In this document: piece by piece, positions 31,341 to 40,227 of the stretch
How positions within the stretch are numbered: the first letter of the stretch is position 1
Layout of the letters: every line of letters begins with the position of its first letter
Assembly: GCA_043827405.1 (NCBI GenBank)
Contig: JBDRPD010000025.1
Span: 1-64,000, forward strand
DNA: 64,000 nt
Direction of reading: 5' to 3'
DNA from: Elusimicrobiota bacterium
Lineage (GTDB): Bacteria > Elusimicrobiota > Elusimicrobia > UBA1565
Made by a program: the position numbers and the translations under genes
The notes under the pieces: model-generated
What the model was told of the DNA's origin: nothing
Database searches by the model: none
The model's input: the letters and a program-made list of their open reading frames with translations, nothing else

Positions 31341-32336
31341 ATGGTAAAAACAGCGCTGCTGCTCGCGGCATTAGCACCGCTGGCCCCCTGGGCGCAGGCG
31401 GGCACGCGCGTAACTGTAGACGGGCTGGATCCGCGCATCGAACTGGGCGAGATCGCCGCCTGGCTGCAGGAAAAGCCGCCCCTGTCCAAGATCATCACGC
31501 CCGCGACCGAGTCCTACGTCGAGGACGTGCGCCGCCATTTCGCCGCCTTCACCCGGCACCCCGCCGTCACGGGCAGCGTCCCCTTCACCGCGCCGCGAAT
31601 TTCATCCGAATGGCAGGCCTTCAAGCGGCGCAGCCGCATCCTCTTGGGCCGCGCTCCCGTCGCCGACAAAGAGGCTGCGGGCTGGGACGAAACCCTCCGC
31701 GCTTTCGAACGCGACACGGATTTTTCCCGCTTCTTCGCCGCCGCGGCCAAACGCTACGACCCGGCCCTCGACAAATTCCGCCAACGGCTCGCCGGTCTCG
31801 ACTACGTGGGCATGATCGAGACCTATACGGGCATGCCGCTTGATGCCGAGGTGCGCATCATCTTTACGCCGATGATGGAAGCGCGCCAGCCCCAGAGCGG
31901 CGAGACCGCGCACCTGCGTGAAAGCGGCGAGCGCGTCATCCACAATATCTTTTCCACCCTGCTGCTCGACAACCTCGGCGGCAAGGGCCTGCCCGAGGAT
32001 GTGCCGCACCGCTTATGGCACGAAGCCGGACATGTTTATCTTGATCCGCTCTACCTGAAAAACCGCGAGCTGATCGATAAGCGGCGGCCTTCCGGACTGT
32101 CGCCGGAGGAATGGCCCGACTATATTCAGGACCTCATCGCCCAGGCTGTCGTGGTTCGTTTATTCACGGCCCACATGGGAGAGCAGGAGGGGGCCCGGCA
32201 GCTGGCCTATGAGGATGAAGAGGACGCGGCGCGGCTCAAGCCCCTGCTCGCAAGCCTGCGCCGCTACGAGAAAAAACGGAAGCGCTACGAAACCCTGGAG
32301 AAGTTCTACCCGGAGCTGATCCGGGCCCTGCGCTAA
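31341..32336 (+). CDS. Secreted HExxH protein (DUF4932-like)
   Basis: Signal peptide, FERDTDFSRFF, LWHEAGHVYLDP and a YETLEKFYP tail. Confidence 0.6.
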   Translation: MVKTALLLAALAPLAPWAQAGTRVTVDGLDPRIELGEIAAWLQEKPPLSKIITPATESYVEDVRRHFAAFTRHPAVTGSVPFTAPRISSEWQAFKRRSRILLGRAPVADKEAAGWDETLRAFERDTDFSRFFAAAAKRYDPALDKFRQRLAGLDYVGMIETYTGMPLDAEVRIIFTPMMEARQPQSGETAHLRESGERVIHNIFSTLLLDNLGGKGLPEDVPHRLWHEAGHVYLDPLYLKNRELIDKRRPSGLSPEEWPDYIQDLIAQAVVVRLFTAHMGEQEGARQLAYEDEEDAARLKPLLASLRRYEKKRKRYETLEKFYPELIRALR

Positions 32337-32905
32337 CCCGAAACCTTGGCGTCCTGCGCCTTGCGCAGCACCGCCCTGAGGTGCGCTTCCATCTGCTCAA
32401 GGTTGAAAGGCTTGCGCAGATAGCCGTCCGCCCCGATATTGAGCGCCGCGGCCTCATCCTTCACGTCGCTGAGGCCCGAGATAACCACGATGGGAAGCTG
32501 CGTCAGCTTCAGGTAGCCGCGAACGCCGCGAATAACGGAGTAACCGTCGATGAGCGGCATGCGCAGATCCAAAACGACCATGTCGACCTTATACTTCACC
32601 AGCGCCTTGAGCGCATTCGCGCCGTCGGCCACTTCGAGCGGCCGGCAGTGCAGGCGATCGAGAATCATGGCGAGCAGACGGCGAAACTGCGGATCATCCT
32701 CGGCCACCAGCGCCGACAAGCCTTCCACCGGCGCCGGCGCGCCGTGAGCGCCGGGCTTGCCCAGCAACTTTTCGAAGGTAGCGATTTCGCCCGGGGTCAG
32801 GGGGTCGGCTATCGTCAGGGTGGGCCGGATGACGCTCGCGCCGCCGCTCACTCCGACGCGCGCTCCCTTCTCGATATTGAAGCCTTCCGGTTTCTCTTCC
32901 GTCAT
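32333..32905 (-). CDS. Response regulator (receiver domain with N-terminal extension)
   Basis: VAEDD, LDLRMP, ISG and YLRKPF. Confidence 0.9.
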   Translation of the reverse strand: MTEEKPEGFNIEKGARVGVSGGASVIRPTLTIADPLTPGEIATFEKLLGKPGAHGAPAPVEGLSALVAEDDPQFRRLLAMILDRLHCRPLEVADGANALKALVKYKVDMVVLDLRMPLIDGYSVIRGVRGYLKLTQLPIVVISGLSDVKDEAAALNIGADGYLRKPFNLEQMEAHLRAVLRKAQDAKVSG

Positions 32906-32943
32906 CTCGTATCCTCGCAGGGAGTATAGAAAATAATCGCCCG

Positions 32944-33846
32944 CTAGCTCTTCTCCGCGCCGGCATCCGCCGCCTTGACCAGATAGATGCCCGCCAAAAC
33001 GAGAGGGACGCCCAGCAGCATAAAAACGTCGAGCCGCTCGCCCAACATCAATACGCCGAGGGCTACCGCCACCACCGGATTGGCATAGGCGTAAACAGAA
33101 ACCAAGTCGGTGGGCAGCCGCTCAAGCGCGTAAATATAGGCCGTATATCCGACCATGGTGCCGAACACCGCCAGGTAGACAATCGCTCCCCAGCCGACGG
33201 CATCGGGAGCCCAGCGCGCCGCTTCCCCCCGCAGCAGACCGAAGACGCCCAGGCAGACGCCGCCGACTAGCTGCTGCAGCGCTATCGTCAGCACCGGGTC
33301 CGCCCGGGGCTGATGGCGCTTGACGTATACCGAGCCGTAGGCCCAGGCCCCGGTCGCCAGGCAAAGCATGAAGACGCCGAAAGAGAAATCCGTGCCGGGC
33401 GGATGCCGGCGCAGGTCCGGCCACAGCAGCACCAGCATCCCCAGAAACCCCGCGCCCAGGCCGATGAGCGCCCGAGGGCGCAGCGCCTCGCCCTCCAGGC
33501 GGGCGAAGAACACCATCCAAAACGGGGCCGAGGCGATGACCATGGACGCGAGCCCCGCCGGCACCCACTGCTCGGACCAGGTCAGGGTCCCGTTGCCGAT
33601 GACCAGCAGCAGGAAGGCGATCAGCGCCAGGTCGCGCCATTCCCGCGGCGCCGGCCAGCGCCGGGATAAGCCGCCGCGCGCGGCGCAGTAGAGCAGCATC
33701 GCCGCTCCCGCCAGCAGGAAGCGCACGCCGGCGAACAGGAAAGGCGGCAACCCCTCCCGCACACCGATGCGTATCGCGATATAGGTGGTGCCCCAAAAGA
33801 AACAAACGGCGGCGAGCGCCCAATAGGCTTTAGACCGGCTCGTCAG
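32944..33846 (-). CDS. EamA/DMT family transporter (probable CTG start at 33846)
   Basis: About ten TMs. The conserved first helix AYWALAAVCFFWGTTYIAIR lies upstream of the track's GTG 33762. The CTG overlaps the upstream stop (CTGA). Confidence 0.88.
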   Translation of the reverse strand: MTSRSKAYWALAAVCFFWGTTYIAIRIGVREGLPPFLFAGVRFLLAGAAMLLYCAARGGLSRRWPAPREWRDLALIAFLLLVIGNGTLTWSEQWVPAGLASMVIASAPFWMVFFARLEGEALRPRALIGLGAGFLGMLVLLWPDLRRHPPGTDFSFGVFMLCLATGAWAYGSVYVKRHQPRADPVLTIALQQLVGGVCLGVFGLLRGEAARWAPDAVGWGAIVYLAVFGTMVGYTAYIYALERLPTDLVSVYAYANPVVAVALGVLMLGERLDVFMLLGVPLVLAGIYLVKAADAGAEKS

Positions 33847-34361
33847 GACAGCCCCAGAAAATCGCTCATCTGCCGCATCAGCGATTCGGAAAAAGGCGGC
33901 TCGTAGAGGCCGGGCACGCCGGCCTGCGTCTTGATGATCTCACCGGTGGGCGTTGAAACGATGAAGTTCGGCACGCCGCCCTGCAGCGGGACCTTACCCT
34001 CCGCGTCGATGAGGGCGTCCGGACCGAAGTCGGGCGCGTAGCGCTTGACGTTTTCCAGGTTGCCGCGGCCGACGACGATGCGGGTATCGATATTCCTGGC
34101 TTCAAGATACTTATGCACCGCGTTGAGGAAGGCGGTCGAACGCTGGCAGATCCCGCACCACGGCGCCACGTAAATGGTCACGCACCGGGGCGTCCGGCAC
34201 TGCCCGAGGTCGACGGTCCGGGCGCCGTCGAGCGTTCGCAGCTCATGGCCGGCGAGGCTCAGCGCGGCGCGCTGATTCGGCACGCTCTTGGAGAGATAGG
34301 TCAGCCCCAGCAGCGCCGCGAACGTCCCGCCGATCCAGTAGAGATGTCTTTTGTTCTTCAT
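33843..34361 (-). CDS. Membrane-anchored thioredoxin-fold (TlpA-like) protein
   Basis: N-terminal TM, VAPWCGIC, and cis-Pro GGVPNF. ATGA overlap with the upstream gene. Confidence 0.8.
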   Translation of the reverse strand: MKNKRHLYWIGGTFAALLGLTYLSKSVPNQRAALSLAGHELRTLDGARTVDLGQCRTPRCVTIYVAPWCGICQRSTAFLNAVHKYLEARNIDTRIVVGRGNLENVKRYAPDFGPDALIDAEGKVPLQGGVPNFIVSTPTGEIIKTQAGVPGLYEPPFSESLMRQMSDFLGLS

Positions 34362-34912
34362 TTGATGAGCGCCTGTACCGCCCGAAACTGCGCATGCCTG
34401 GAATGGCCCATCCACTCGAACAGCGCCATCTCCACACTGGAGGGCACCGCGCCCGCCAGCTCCATCTTCCGCCGGCCGATTTCGATATTCTTCGGATCGC
34501 GCGCCGACAGGGCGTCTTCGATCAGGTGCACCTCATAGCCGGCCGCGAGCAGCTGATGCACCGTCTGGTTCATGCAGACATGCGCCTCAATGCCGCAGAC
34601 GACGACCTGGGGCCGGTCCAGGCTCGCCAGCCGCTCGGTAATGATCTCATCGCCCAAGCAGCCGAAGGCGGTCTTCTCGAATTTGAGCGCGCCGGCGGGC
34701 AGGGCATCGGCGAGCTCGGCGACCGTCGGTCCGAGCCCCTTGGGATACTGCTCGCTGACGACGACCGGCACGTCGAGCAGCTTGGCGCCCTCGATGAGGG
34801 CCTTGGCCTTGGCGATCAGGGCCCGAAACTCGTGGACGACCGGCACGAACTTCTCCTGGATATCCACCACCAGGAGGACGGACTTGTTTGGATCGAGCAG
34901 GTGTTTGGTCAT
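34358..34912 (-). CDS. Isochorismatase-family hydrolase
   Basis: VVDIQEK, EQYPKGLG and GIEAHVC. Confidence 0.92.
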   Translation of the reverse strand: MTKHLLDPNKSVLLVVDIQEKFVPVVHEFRALIAKAKALIEGAKLLDVPVVVSEQYPKGLGPTVAELADALPAGALKFEKTAFGCLGDEIITERLASLDRPQVVVCGIEAHVCMNQTVHQLLAAGYEVHLIEDALSARDPKNIEIGRRKMELAGAVPSSVEMALFEWMGHSRHAQFRAVQALIK

Positions 34913-34943
34913 ATATCTGTGAGCGGGAACCGGAAGCTATATA

Positions 34944-35540
34944 TTACGAAACCTGCCCCTCTAATAGCGCGGCGAGCCGGTCCATATCCTCCCAGCCGTA
35001 GCTGATTTTCTCAAGCGGCACGAACTTGGCGGACATGGAGCCCAAAAGCCGTCCGCCGAGGTCCTCGTAAAACTTGCGCGTGGGATTCTTTTCCAGAACC
35101 CAGACGAGCATGGCCGCATGGCCGTGATCCCGCAGCCAGCGGACGGCCTCCCCCATCAGCCGCCGGCCGACACCTTTCTTTTGCCGCGCGGCCAGCACGT
35201 AGATGGCGTAGAGCTCGCCGGTGCAGCGCTCATCGCTCTCCCCGGCGGCGGCGAAACCGAAGCTCCCATGCGTCGTATCCTCATCGCCCCGCCGGCGCGG
35301 CCCGGCGGCGGCGAAGCCGATGATCCGTCCGGCATGATCTTCGGCGACAAAGCAGGCATGCGCAGAGTCGTTTTTCCGCAGGTGTTCGCGCTGCGCCGCG
35401 GCACGCTTGGCATAATCGAGACCGGCAAGCAGGTCATCCGGCATGATGCCCTGATAGGCCGTACGCCAGGTATCGACGCTGACCCGGGCGATGCCTGCGG
35501 CGTCTTCAACGCGCGCCGGGCGGATGGTGACGTCGTCCAT
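34944..35540 (-). CDS. GNAT family N-acetyltransferase
   Basis: WRTAYQGI, ELYAIYVL, QKKGVGRRL and WVLEKNP..KFYE. Confidence 0.9.
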   Translation of the reverse strand: MDDVTIRPARVEDAAGIARVSVDTWRTAYQGIMPDDLLAGLDYAKRAAAQREHLRKNDSAHACFVAEDHAGRIIGFAAAGPRRRGDEDTTHGSFGFAAAGESDERCTGELYAIYVLAARQKKGVGRRLMGEAVRWLRDHGHAAMLVWVLEKNPTRKFYEDLGGRLLGSMSAKFVPLEKISYGWEDMDRLAALLEGQVS

Positions 35541-35719
35541 GGGAAGATTATTCCAGATTTTGCGACCGGCGATAATAGACCGGCGACGCCGTCAGGGCTT
35601 CGGCTCGAATCCCAGCCTCTGCCTGTTGGACCGATTCCACTTCTAGATTCTCAAGAAACCAAACGGGCCCACCGAGATCATTCCCGATTTCTGGAGGGCG
35701 GCAAGATAACCTTCGCGCG

Positions 35720-36253
35720 TCAGTCGGGTTTTGGCTTGAACCCAATACGGGGACGCGGGTGCTCCGGCGGGGACAGGAACTCATCGACGATCTCAAACAG
35801 TGTCCGGATGTCCCGGCCGTGCCCAAGGCTATCCTTTTCCAGCTTGCCCAGCCTCTCCGCCAAGTCCCTATGGGCGGAGATCATCTCACGCAGCTTCACA
35901 AACGCCCTCATAATGGCAACGTTCACGCGGATGGCCCGGGGACTATGGAGCACTCCAGAGAGCATGGCGACGCCCTCCTGGGTGAATGCAAGCGGGAGCT
36001 TTCTGCGGCCGCCCCAGCCCGAACTTGATGTCGCAAATTGCGACATCAAGTTGTCGAACTCCTGCCGGCTCAATCCAAACATAAAGTCCTTCGGGAAGCG
36101 CTTTCCATTCCGACGCACCTGCTCGTTCAGTCGACGCGTGCTGACGGCATACATAGCAGCCAAATCCGAATCCAGCATGACTCGCCGTCCCCGAATCAAG
36201 AAGATGCGTCTGCCTATCTCTGCGGCGGGGACCAAAGCCTGTCCACTTGCCAT
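35720..36253 (-). CDS. ORF6N (KilA-N-like) domain DNA-binding protein 2
   Basis: IRGRRVMLDSDLA, LNEQVRRN, AFTQEGVAMLSGVLHS and RIGF. Start placed at ATG 36253. Confidence 0.92.
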   Translation of the reverse strand: MASGQALVPAAEIGRRIFLIRGRRVMLDSDLAAMYAVSTRRLNEQVRRNGKRFPKDFMFGLSRQEFDNLMSQFATSSSGWGGRRKLPLAFTQEGVAMLSGVLHSPRAIRVNVAIMRAFVKLREMISAHRDLAERLGKLEKDSLGHGRDIRTLFEIVDEFLSPPEHPRPRIGFKPKPD

Positions 36254-36261
36254 ACCCGCAT

Positions 36262-36288
36262 ATACGAACGAGCCCCCGATTTGGTTCC
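36262..36288 (-). promoter_or_regulatory. ECF-sigma-like promoter of ORF6N gene 2
   Basis: GGAACC-16nt-CGTAT, 8 nt before the ATG. Confidence 0.55.
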
Positions 36289-36338
36289 CAAAAAGGAACG
36301 ACACGCCTCAAAATAGTTTGAGACGTGTCGCGAAAGAG

Positions 36339-36423
36339 CGGAGGGGGAGGGATTCGAACCCTCGGGACGTTGCCGCCCACCGGTTTTCAAGACCGGCCGT
36401 TTCAACCGCTCACGCACCCCTCC
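36339..36423 (-). tRNA. tRNA-Ser(TGA)
   Basis: Acceptor stem GGAGGGG/CCCCTCC-G, anticodon arm CCGGT-CT-TGA-AA-ACCGG, long variable arm, GGTTCGAATCC T-loop. CCA is not encoded. Confidence 0.96.
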
Positions 36424-36462
36424 TGCGACGACAAACCGCTAAATCCTTTCCTCGCTCCCCAA

Positions 36463-36487
36463 ACTGACAACACTTTTGGCAACACTT
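36463..36487. repeat. Putative integrase arm-type site (tandem TG[A/G]CAACACTT)
   Basis: ACTGACAACACTTTTGGCAACACTT is identical at 38384-38408. Confidence 0.7.
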
Positions 36488-36495
36488 TGACGTCG

Positions 36496-36909
36496 CTAAT
36501 CATCCAAAACCGACCGCGCCCAGGCCCGGTAGCGTTCCAGGCTCTTCCACAGGTTGCCGATATCCTTGCGCGTATAAACATGGCCCTCATAGGATACCCG
36601 ATTCTTCTCGTGTATCATGCGCTCGAGCTGCCGTAAAGCTTTCTGCGCCGCTTCATCCACCGGGATAATGCCGCGCAGGAGATCGGCCGCCGCCGCATGG
36701 TCCTCCCCCTTGCTCTTAACGCCTCCGCGCCGGATCGTAATGGCATCCGTATAGGCGATGGCCGCGTGCACGATGAGCACCCCCGCCGCGTTCCAGTACT
36801 CAAACCCCTGAGCCATCTCCGCGCCCTGGTAGAAGTTCTCCGCGACCTTCCGGTAGTCCTTGCTCCGGGCCTTCGGTACGCTGACTCTCTTCTGCGGCCT
36901 CGGGCTCAT
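36496..36909 (-). CDS. HEPN-domain protein (putative toxin)
   Basis: Helical 137-aa protein with NAAGVLIVHAAIAYTDA, GEDH and KNRVSYEGH (R-x5-H). ATGA-coupled to the nucleotidyltransferase. Confidence 0.75.
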   Translation of the reverse strand: MSPRPQKRVSVPKARSKDYRKVAENFYQGAEMAQGFEYWNAAGVLIVHAAIAYTDAITIRRGGVKSKGEDHAAAADLLRGIIPVDEAAQKALRQLERMIHEKNRVSYEGHVYTRKDIGNLWKSLERYRAWARSVLDD

Positions 36910-37532
36910 GCGAGAAAGTCCTCCAAACTCGTATCAAGCAAATCAATGCCCTCAGCGAGGATATTATTAATTAGCGGGTCCGCGCGGCGCGGCCGGGATT
37001 TCAGTTCATGCGCCGTTCTAATCAGCGGCGAGAGCCGCAAGCCGTAGCGCTGCGCCAACTTGCTTCCCAGAGCCTCGGCCTTGGCGAGGAGCTTGGCTTT
37101 GCCGCCGTTCTTAACGACCAATAGAATGTCGATATCGCTTCCCGGCTCTTCTTCGCCGCGGGCGGCGCTGCCGAAGAGCGTGGCGACTACGGCCTCGTCC
37201 TTGAATTCTTTTCGCAGGAGCGCCCGCAGCTCGCCCATGGTCCGCTTCTCGGCCGCGAACATGGGGAGCAGGACGTCCCTGACCAGGTGATGTTCGAAGT
37301 TGAGGCGGATGAGCTGGGTCTTGCCCGAACCCTGGCGGTCGATCAGCCCCAAGACCTCCAGCTTGGCGATCGCGGCGCGAATCGCCCCATGCTGGAAGCC
37401 CGCCTCCCTGGCCACGGCCCGGCCGCTCATGCCCTGCTTGGTGTCCTTAAGAACACGCAGGACGGCGATATTGCTGGGTGCCGACAGGATCGAATCCAGC
37501 GGGCGCTTGAGATAGTTGGGGCGGCCCCTCAT
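36906..37532 (-). CDS. wHTH + minimal nucleotidyltransferase (MNT antitoxin)
   Basis: N-terminal HTH (MSGRAVAREAG) and LFGSAARGEEEPGSDIDIL. Start at ATG 37532. Confidence 0.88.
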   Translation of the reverse strand: MRGRPNYLKRPLDSILSAPSNIAVLRVLKDTKQGMSGRAVAREAGFQHGAIRAAIAKLEVLGLIDRQGSGKTQLIRLNFEHHLVRDVLLPMFAAEKRTMGELRALLRKEFKDEAVVATLFGSAARGEEEPGSDIDILLVVKNGGKAKLLAKAEALGSKLAQRYGLRLSPLIRTAHELKSRPRRADPLINNILAEGIDLLDTSLEDFLA

Positions 37533-37533
37533 A

Positions 37534-37567
37534 TGGATATTATAATATCCAAATGGATACTTTTCAA
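37534..37567 (-). promoter_or_regulatory. Leaderless promoter with palindromic operator for the MNT-HEPN operon
   Basis: TTGAAA-17nt-TATAAT-6nt-ATG. The perfect palindrome TGGATATTATAATATCCA (37534-37551) is centred on the -10 box. Confidence 0.8.
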
Positions 37568-37585
37568 CCCACACTTTACCGGCCG

Positions 37586-38107
37586 TTAAGGAGCTTTCGC
37601 GCCGTCCGACCGCGCCCGCGAGGCTGAGCTGGCTGGACGGGGCGAAAGCAGCCCGCCGCAGGCGACCACGTCCAGAGCCTCGACGGCCTCCTCGGCCCGG
37701 GGCATGTTGTGGGACAGATAGCGTTGCGTCGTCGTCAAAACGCTATGGCCTAGAAGCTTGGACACGGTGTAGATGTCCACGCTCCGGTCCAGAAGGTCCC
37801 GGGCGAAAGTATGGCGCAGGTCGTGAAAGGTGAAGTCCGGCGGCAGGCCCGCGCGCTCGCAGGCGGCCTTGAACTTCGTCCAGAGGTTGTCCCGCTTCCA
37901 GGTAGTGCCGTCTTCCTTCACGAACACGTAACGGCTCAGCTTCGGGAGCCGCTTAAGCCGCTCGCGCGAATCCTTTGATATCGGGATGACGCGCAGCTTG
38001 TGCGACTTGGTACGGACCGCCGCAATCCGCTTCGTATCCAGGTTCACGTTCTTCCACTCCAGGAAGATCAGCTCGGACATCCGCATCCCGGTCTTGAGGG
38101 CGAAGAT
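37586..38107 (-). pseudogene. Tyrosine recombinase/integrase, catalytic domain only (N-terminally truncated)
   Basis: IFALKTGMRMSEL, TKS, HDLRHT, LLGHS and TTQRY. No upstream core- or arm-binding domains. Confidence 0.85.
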
Positions 38108-38197
38108 GTTCGGAGGTGAACTGTGCCAAAAGCCCAGTCGTCAAGCGTCAGACCGGATCCGGCGATACCCCTCGCCGATCGGACGCGAAGTAAAGCC

Positions 38198-38342
38198 GTA
38201 AAAAGCGCCGCAGGGCTGCTAATAGCCGCCCTCATCCTCGTCCCGTGTATAACCCACGGGGCCGACATCTTATCACCCAAAGACCTCCGCCTCAAACAAC
38301 TCAAGAAAGACAAAGACTACGTCATAATCGACGTCCGTCCCC
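38198..38342 (+). pseudogene. Possible fragment of a secreted rhodanese-like protein
   Basis: Signal-like AAGLLIAALILVPCITHGA followed by LKKDKDYVIIDVRPP. The frame then runs into the att region. Confidence 0.35.
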
Positions 38343-38383
38343 CAGGGCTCAGTATTGAGATAGAATGTAAAGCAGCCAAAAGC

Positions 38384-38408
38384 ACTGACAACACTTTTGG
38401 CAACACTT
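38384..38408. repeat. Putative integrase arm-type site, second copy
   Basis: Identical to 36463-36487. Confidence 0.7.
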
Positions 38409-38498
38409 CGCCCTGCAAAACCGACACAAAGCGATCGTTACAGACAACTACTGTCGTCGGGGAAAGGTCTAGAGGCTGGCGTCGCGTCGGGGCTTAAG

Positions 38499-38553
38499 CG
38501 GTTTTCAAGACCGGCCGTTTCAACCGCTCACGCACCCCTCCTGCGACGACAAA
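38499..38553 (-). repeat. att repeat: 5' half of tRNA-Ser plus 12 nt of upstream sequence
   Basis: Identical to 36381-36435. Ends at the anticodon stem, with no T-arm. Confidence 0.93.
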
Positions 38554-38654
38554 AACCGTTAGACCGTTACGAATAGATTCACTTACAACACTTTGGCGCC
38601 GTTAATCGCGCAAAATCGACCGCGCCCGCAAGGCTGAAGGGCGGCACCGCGCCG

Positions 38655-39223
38655 CTACTGCGCGGTAGCGGCGCAATTCGCGGCGAATTTCTTCTCGTAT
38701 TCGACGAGAGGCGCCAGCCCCAATTCATTGCGGCGGCGCTCGACGGCGGCGAGATCCATCGTTTCGACGCCCTGCGGCTGGGGCTTGCCGTCCCGGCAAT
38801 GGAACTGCGTGCCGTAGAGCTGCGGCCGGTCGGCTTTCACGGCAACCCGGTCGTCGAGATACGCGAGGTCCGTCTGGTTCACCTCAGACGGGGGCAGGGC
38901 CTTCATCTTTTTAAGGGTTTCTTCCTGGAACGCGGGATCCAGGTCCGCATGCTGGACCAAAAGCCAGGCGTGGCGCGAGGCTTCCGGGCCCACCTCGGAG
39001 ACGCGCGGCCAGGATGCGCTTAAGCTCGGCGGTGTTGTGCTTATCGACCGCCGTCATCATGCCGATGATCTCCTTATTGAAAGCCTCCTTGTCGCCGCCC
39101 GCTAAGCCCGTCTTGCCCGACACGTTGTCGAGCCACTTCGAGCTTCTTATCGGCCGGCGAAGCGCCGCCGGCCGCCGCGGGGAAGGCCCATAAGCCGGCG
39201 AGGAGGATCAGAGACGCGCTCAC
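38655..39223 (-). pseudogene. DUF6624-like secreted protein, frameshifted
   Basis: The signal peptide, VDKHNTAELKRIL, and WPRVSEVG..AWLLVQHAD..AYLDDRV..PQLYGTQF lie in three consecutive short ORFs separated by frame changes. Confidence 0.75.
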
Positions 39224-39366
39224 GGGGATAGTTTTGCGCCGGACCGGCGGAATGTCAAGAGACCTTCCGTGGCCGCGCGGCTTCATCGAGTTCGCGTTTG
39301 GCGCGGCTGAGATGACAGCCGCGTTCGCGGAAAGCGGTATTTAACGGGGTGGTCATGGGCAGAGAG

Positions 39367-40227
39367 TTAAAGCGGTGTCCCCGGCACGCCTTCAATAAGC
39401 AGGGCCAGGACGACCATGGCCATCTGCGCATTCATCGCCGTACGTCCCGCGCGCAGAGAACGGATATCGGCGCGGACGGACGCCAGGCGCGCGGCGCGGG
39501 CGAAGGTCAAGGCCGCCGCCGCGATGAGCAGTACCGCGGCCGGCACCGTGCGCACCGAGCCGAACAGCGGCAGCAGCAGGCCGCTCATGGCGGTGGCCGC
39601 CGCCCATACGAAAATGAGCCGCGCGGCGCGCTCCTCGCCGAACAGGCCGCGCGTCGTTGGAAAACCGGCGCGTTCATAGTCGTCGGCATAGATCAACCCG
39701 AGCAGCCAGAAGTGCGGGACCTGCCACATGAAGATAAAGAACGAGAAGGACAGCAGACGCGCATCGAGCAGTCCGCCGCCGGCAGCGGCCCAGCCGGCGG
39801 CGGGGACCAAGGCGCCGATCAGGGCGCCGGGGACCACCGCGAAGGCGGTACGCTTCTTGAGCGGCGTGTACACTGCGTTATACCACAGCGCCGAACCGAG
39901 GCATAGCGCGGCGGGAAGCGGTCCGGCGGCGGCGTACAGGATGAAGAGTCCGGACGCGGACAATAAATTCGAGAGCGCCAGCGCTGATTGGGGCTTCAGC
40001 TGACCGGACGGCAGTGGTCGACGGCGCGTTCTCTCCATCAGGGCGTCGGTGCTGCGTTCCTGCCATTGGTTGAGCGCGCAGGCTCCGCAAGCTGCGAGCA
40101 TTATGCCGGCGAAGACGGCCGCTGCGCCGGACCGCAGGCCGCCGGCCGCCATGATATGGGCCGCGGCTCCGGCCAAGGCGCACAGGGCGCATATCGGCAG
40201 CTTGGTAAGACGGATAACCGCGCTCAC
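39367..40227 (-). CDS. cyoE: Protoheme IX farnesyltransferase (heme O synthase)
   Basis: NQWQERSTDALMERTRRRPLPSG, YTPLKK, WQVPHF and DDYERAG. Confidence 0.92.
   Translation of the reverse strand: MSAVIRLTKLPICALCALAGAAAHIMAAGGLRSGAAAVFAGIMLAACGACALNQWQERSTDALMERTRRRPLPSGQLKPQSALALSNLLSASGLFILYAAAGPLPAALCLGSALWYNAVYTPLKKRTAFAVVPGALIGALVPAAGWAAAGGGLLDARLLSFSFFIFMWQVPHFWLLGLIYADDYERAGFPTTRGLFGEERAARLIFVWAAATAMSGLLLPLFGSVRTVPAAVLLIAAAALTFARAARLASVRADIRSLRAGRTAMNAQMAMVVLALLIEGVPGTPL

Larger units (their letters stand above)
36381..38553. mobile_element. Decayed tRNA-Ser-integrated island (att repeats, arm-type repeats, truncated integrase, MNT-HEPN cargo)
   Basis: 55-bp direct repeat 36381-36435 = 38499-38553, 25-bp repeat 36463-36487 = 38384-38408, and a tyrosine recombinase remnant between them. 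Confidence 0.85.

Noticed and set aside
36339..36423. Possible tRNA-Sec
   Set aside because: The anticodon is TGA (reads UCA, Ser), not TCA, and the acceptor stem is 7 bp.
38123..38497. 124-aa ORF as an intact gene
   Set aside because: It reads across arm-site and att sequence. Only the central rhodanese-like fragment looks protein-derived.
38499..38541. Second tRNA gene
   Set aside because: Only the 5' half is present, with no variable arm, T-arm or 3' acceptor strand. It is an att repeat.
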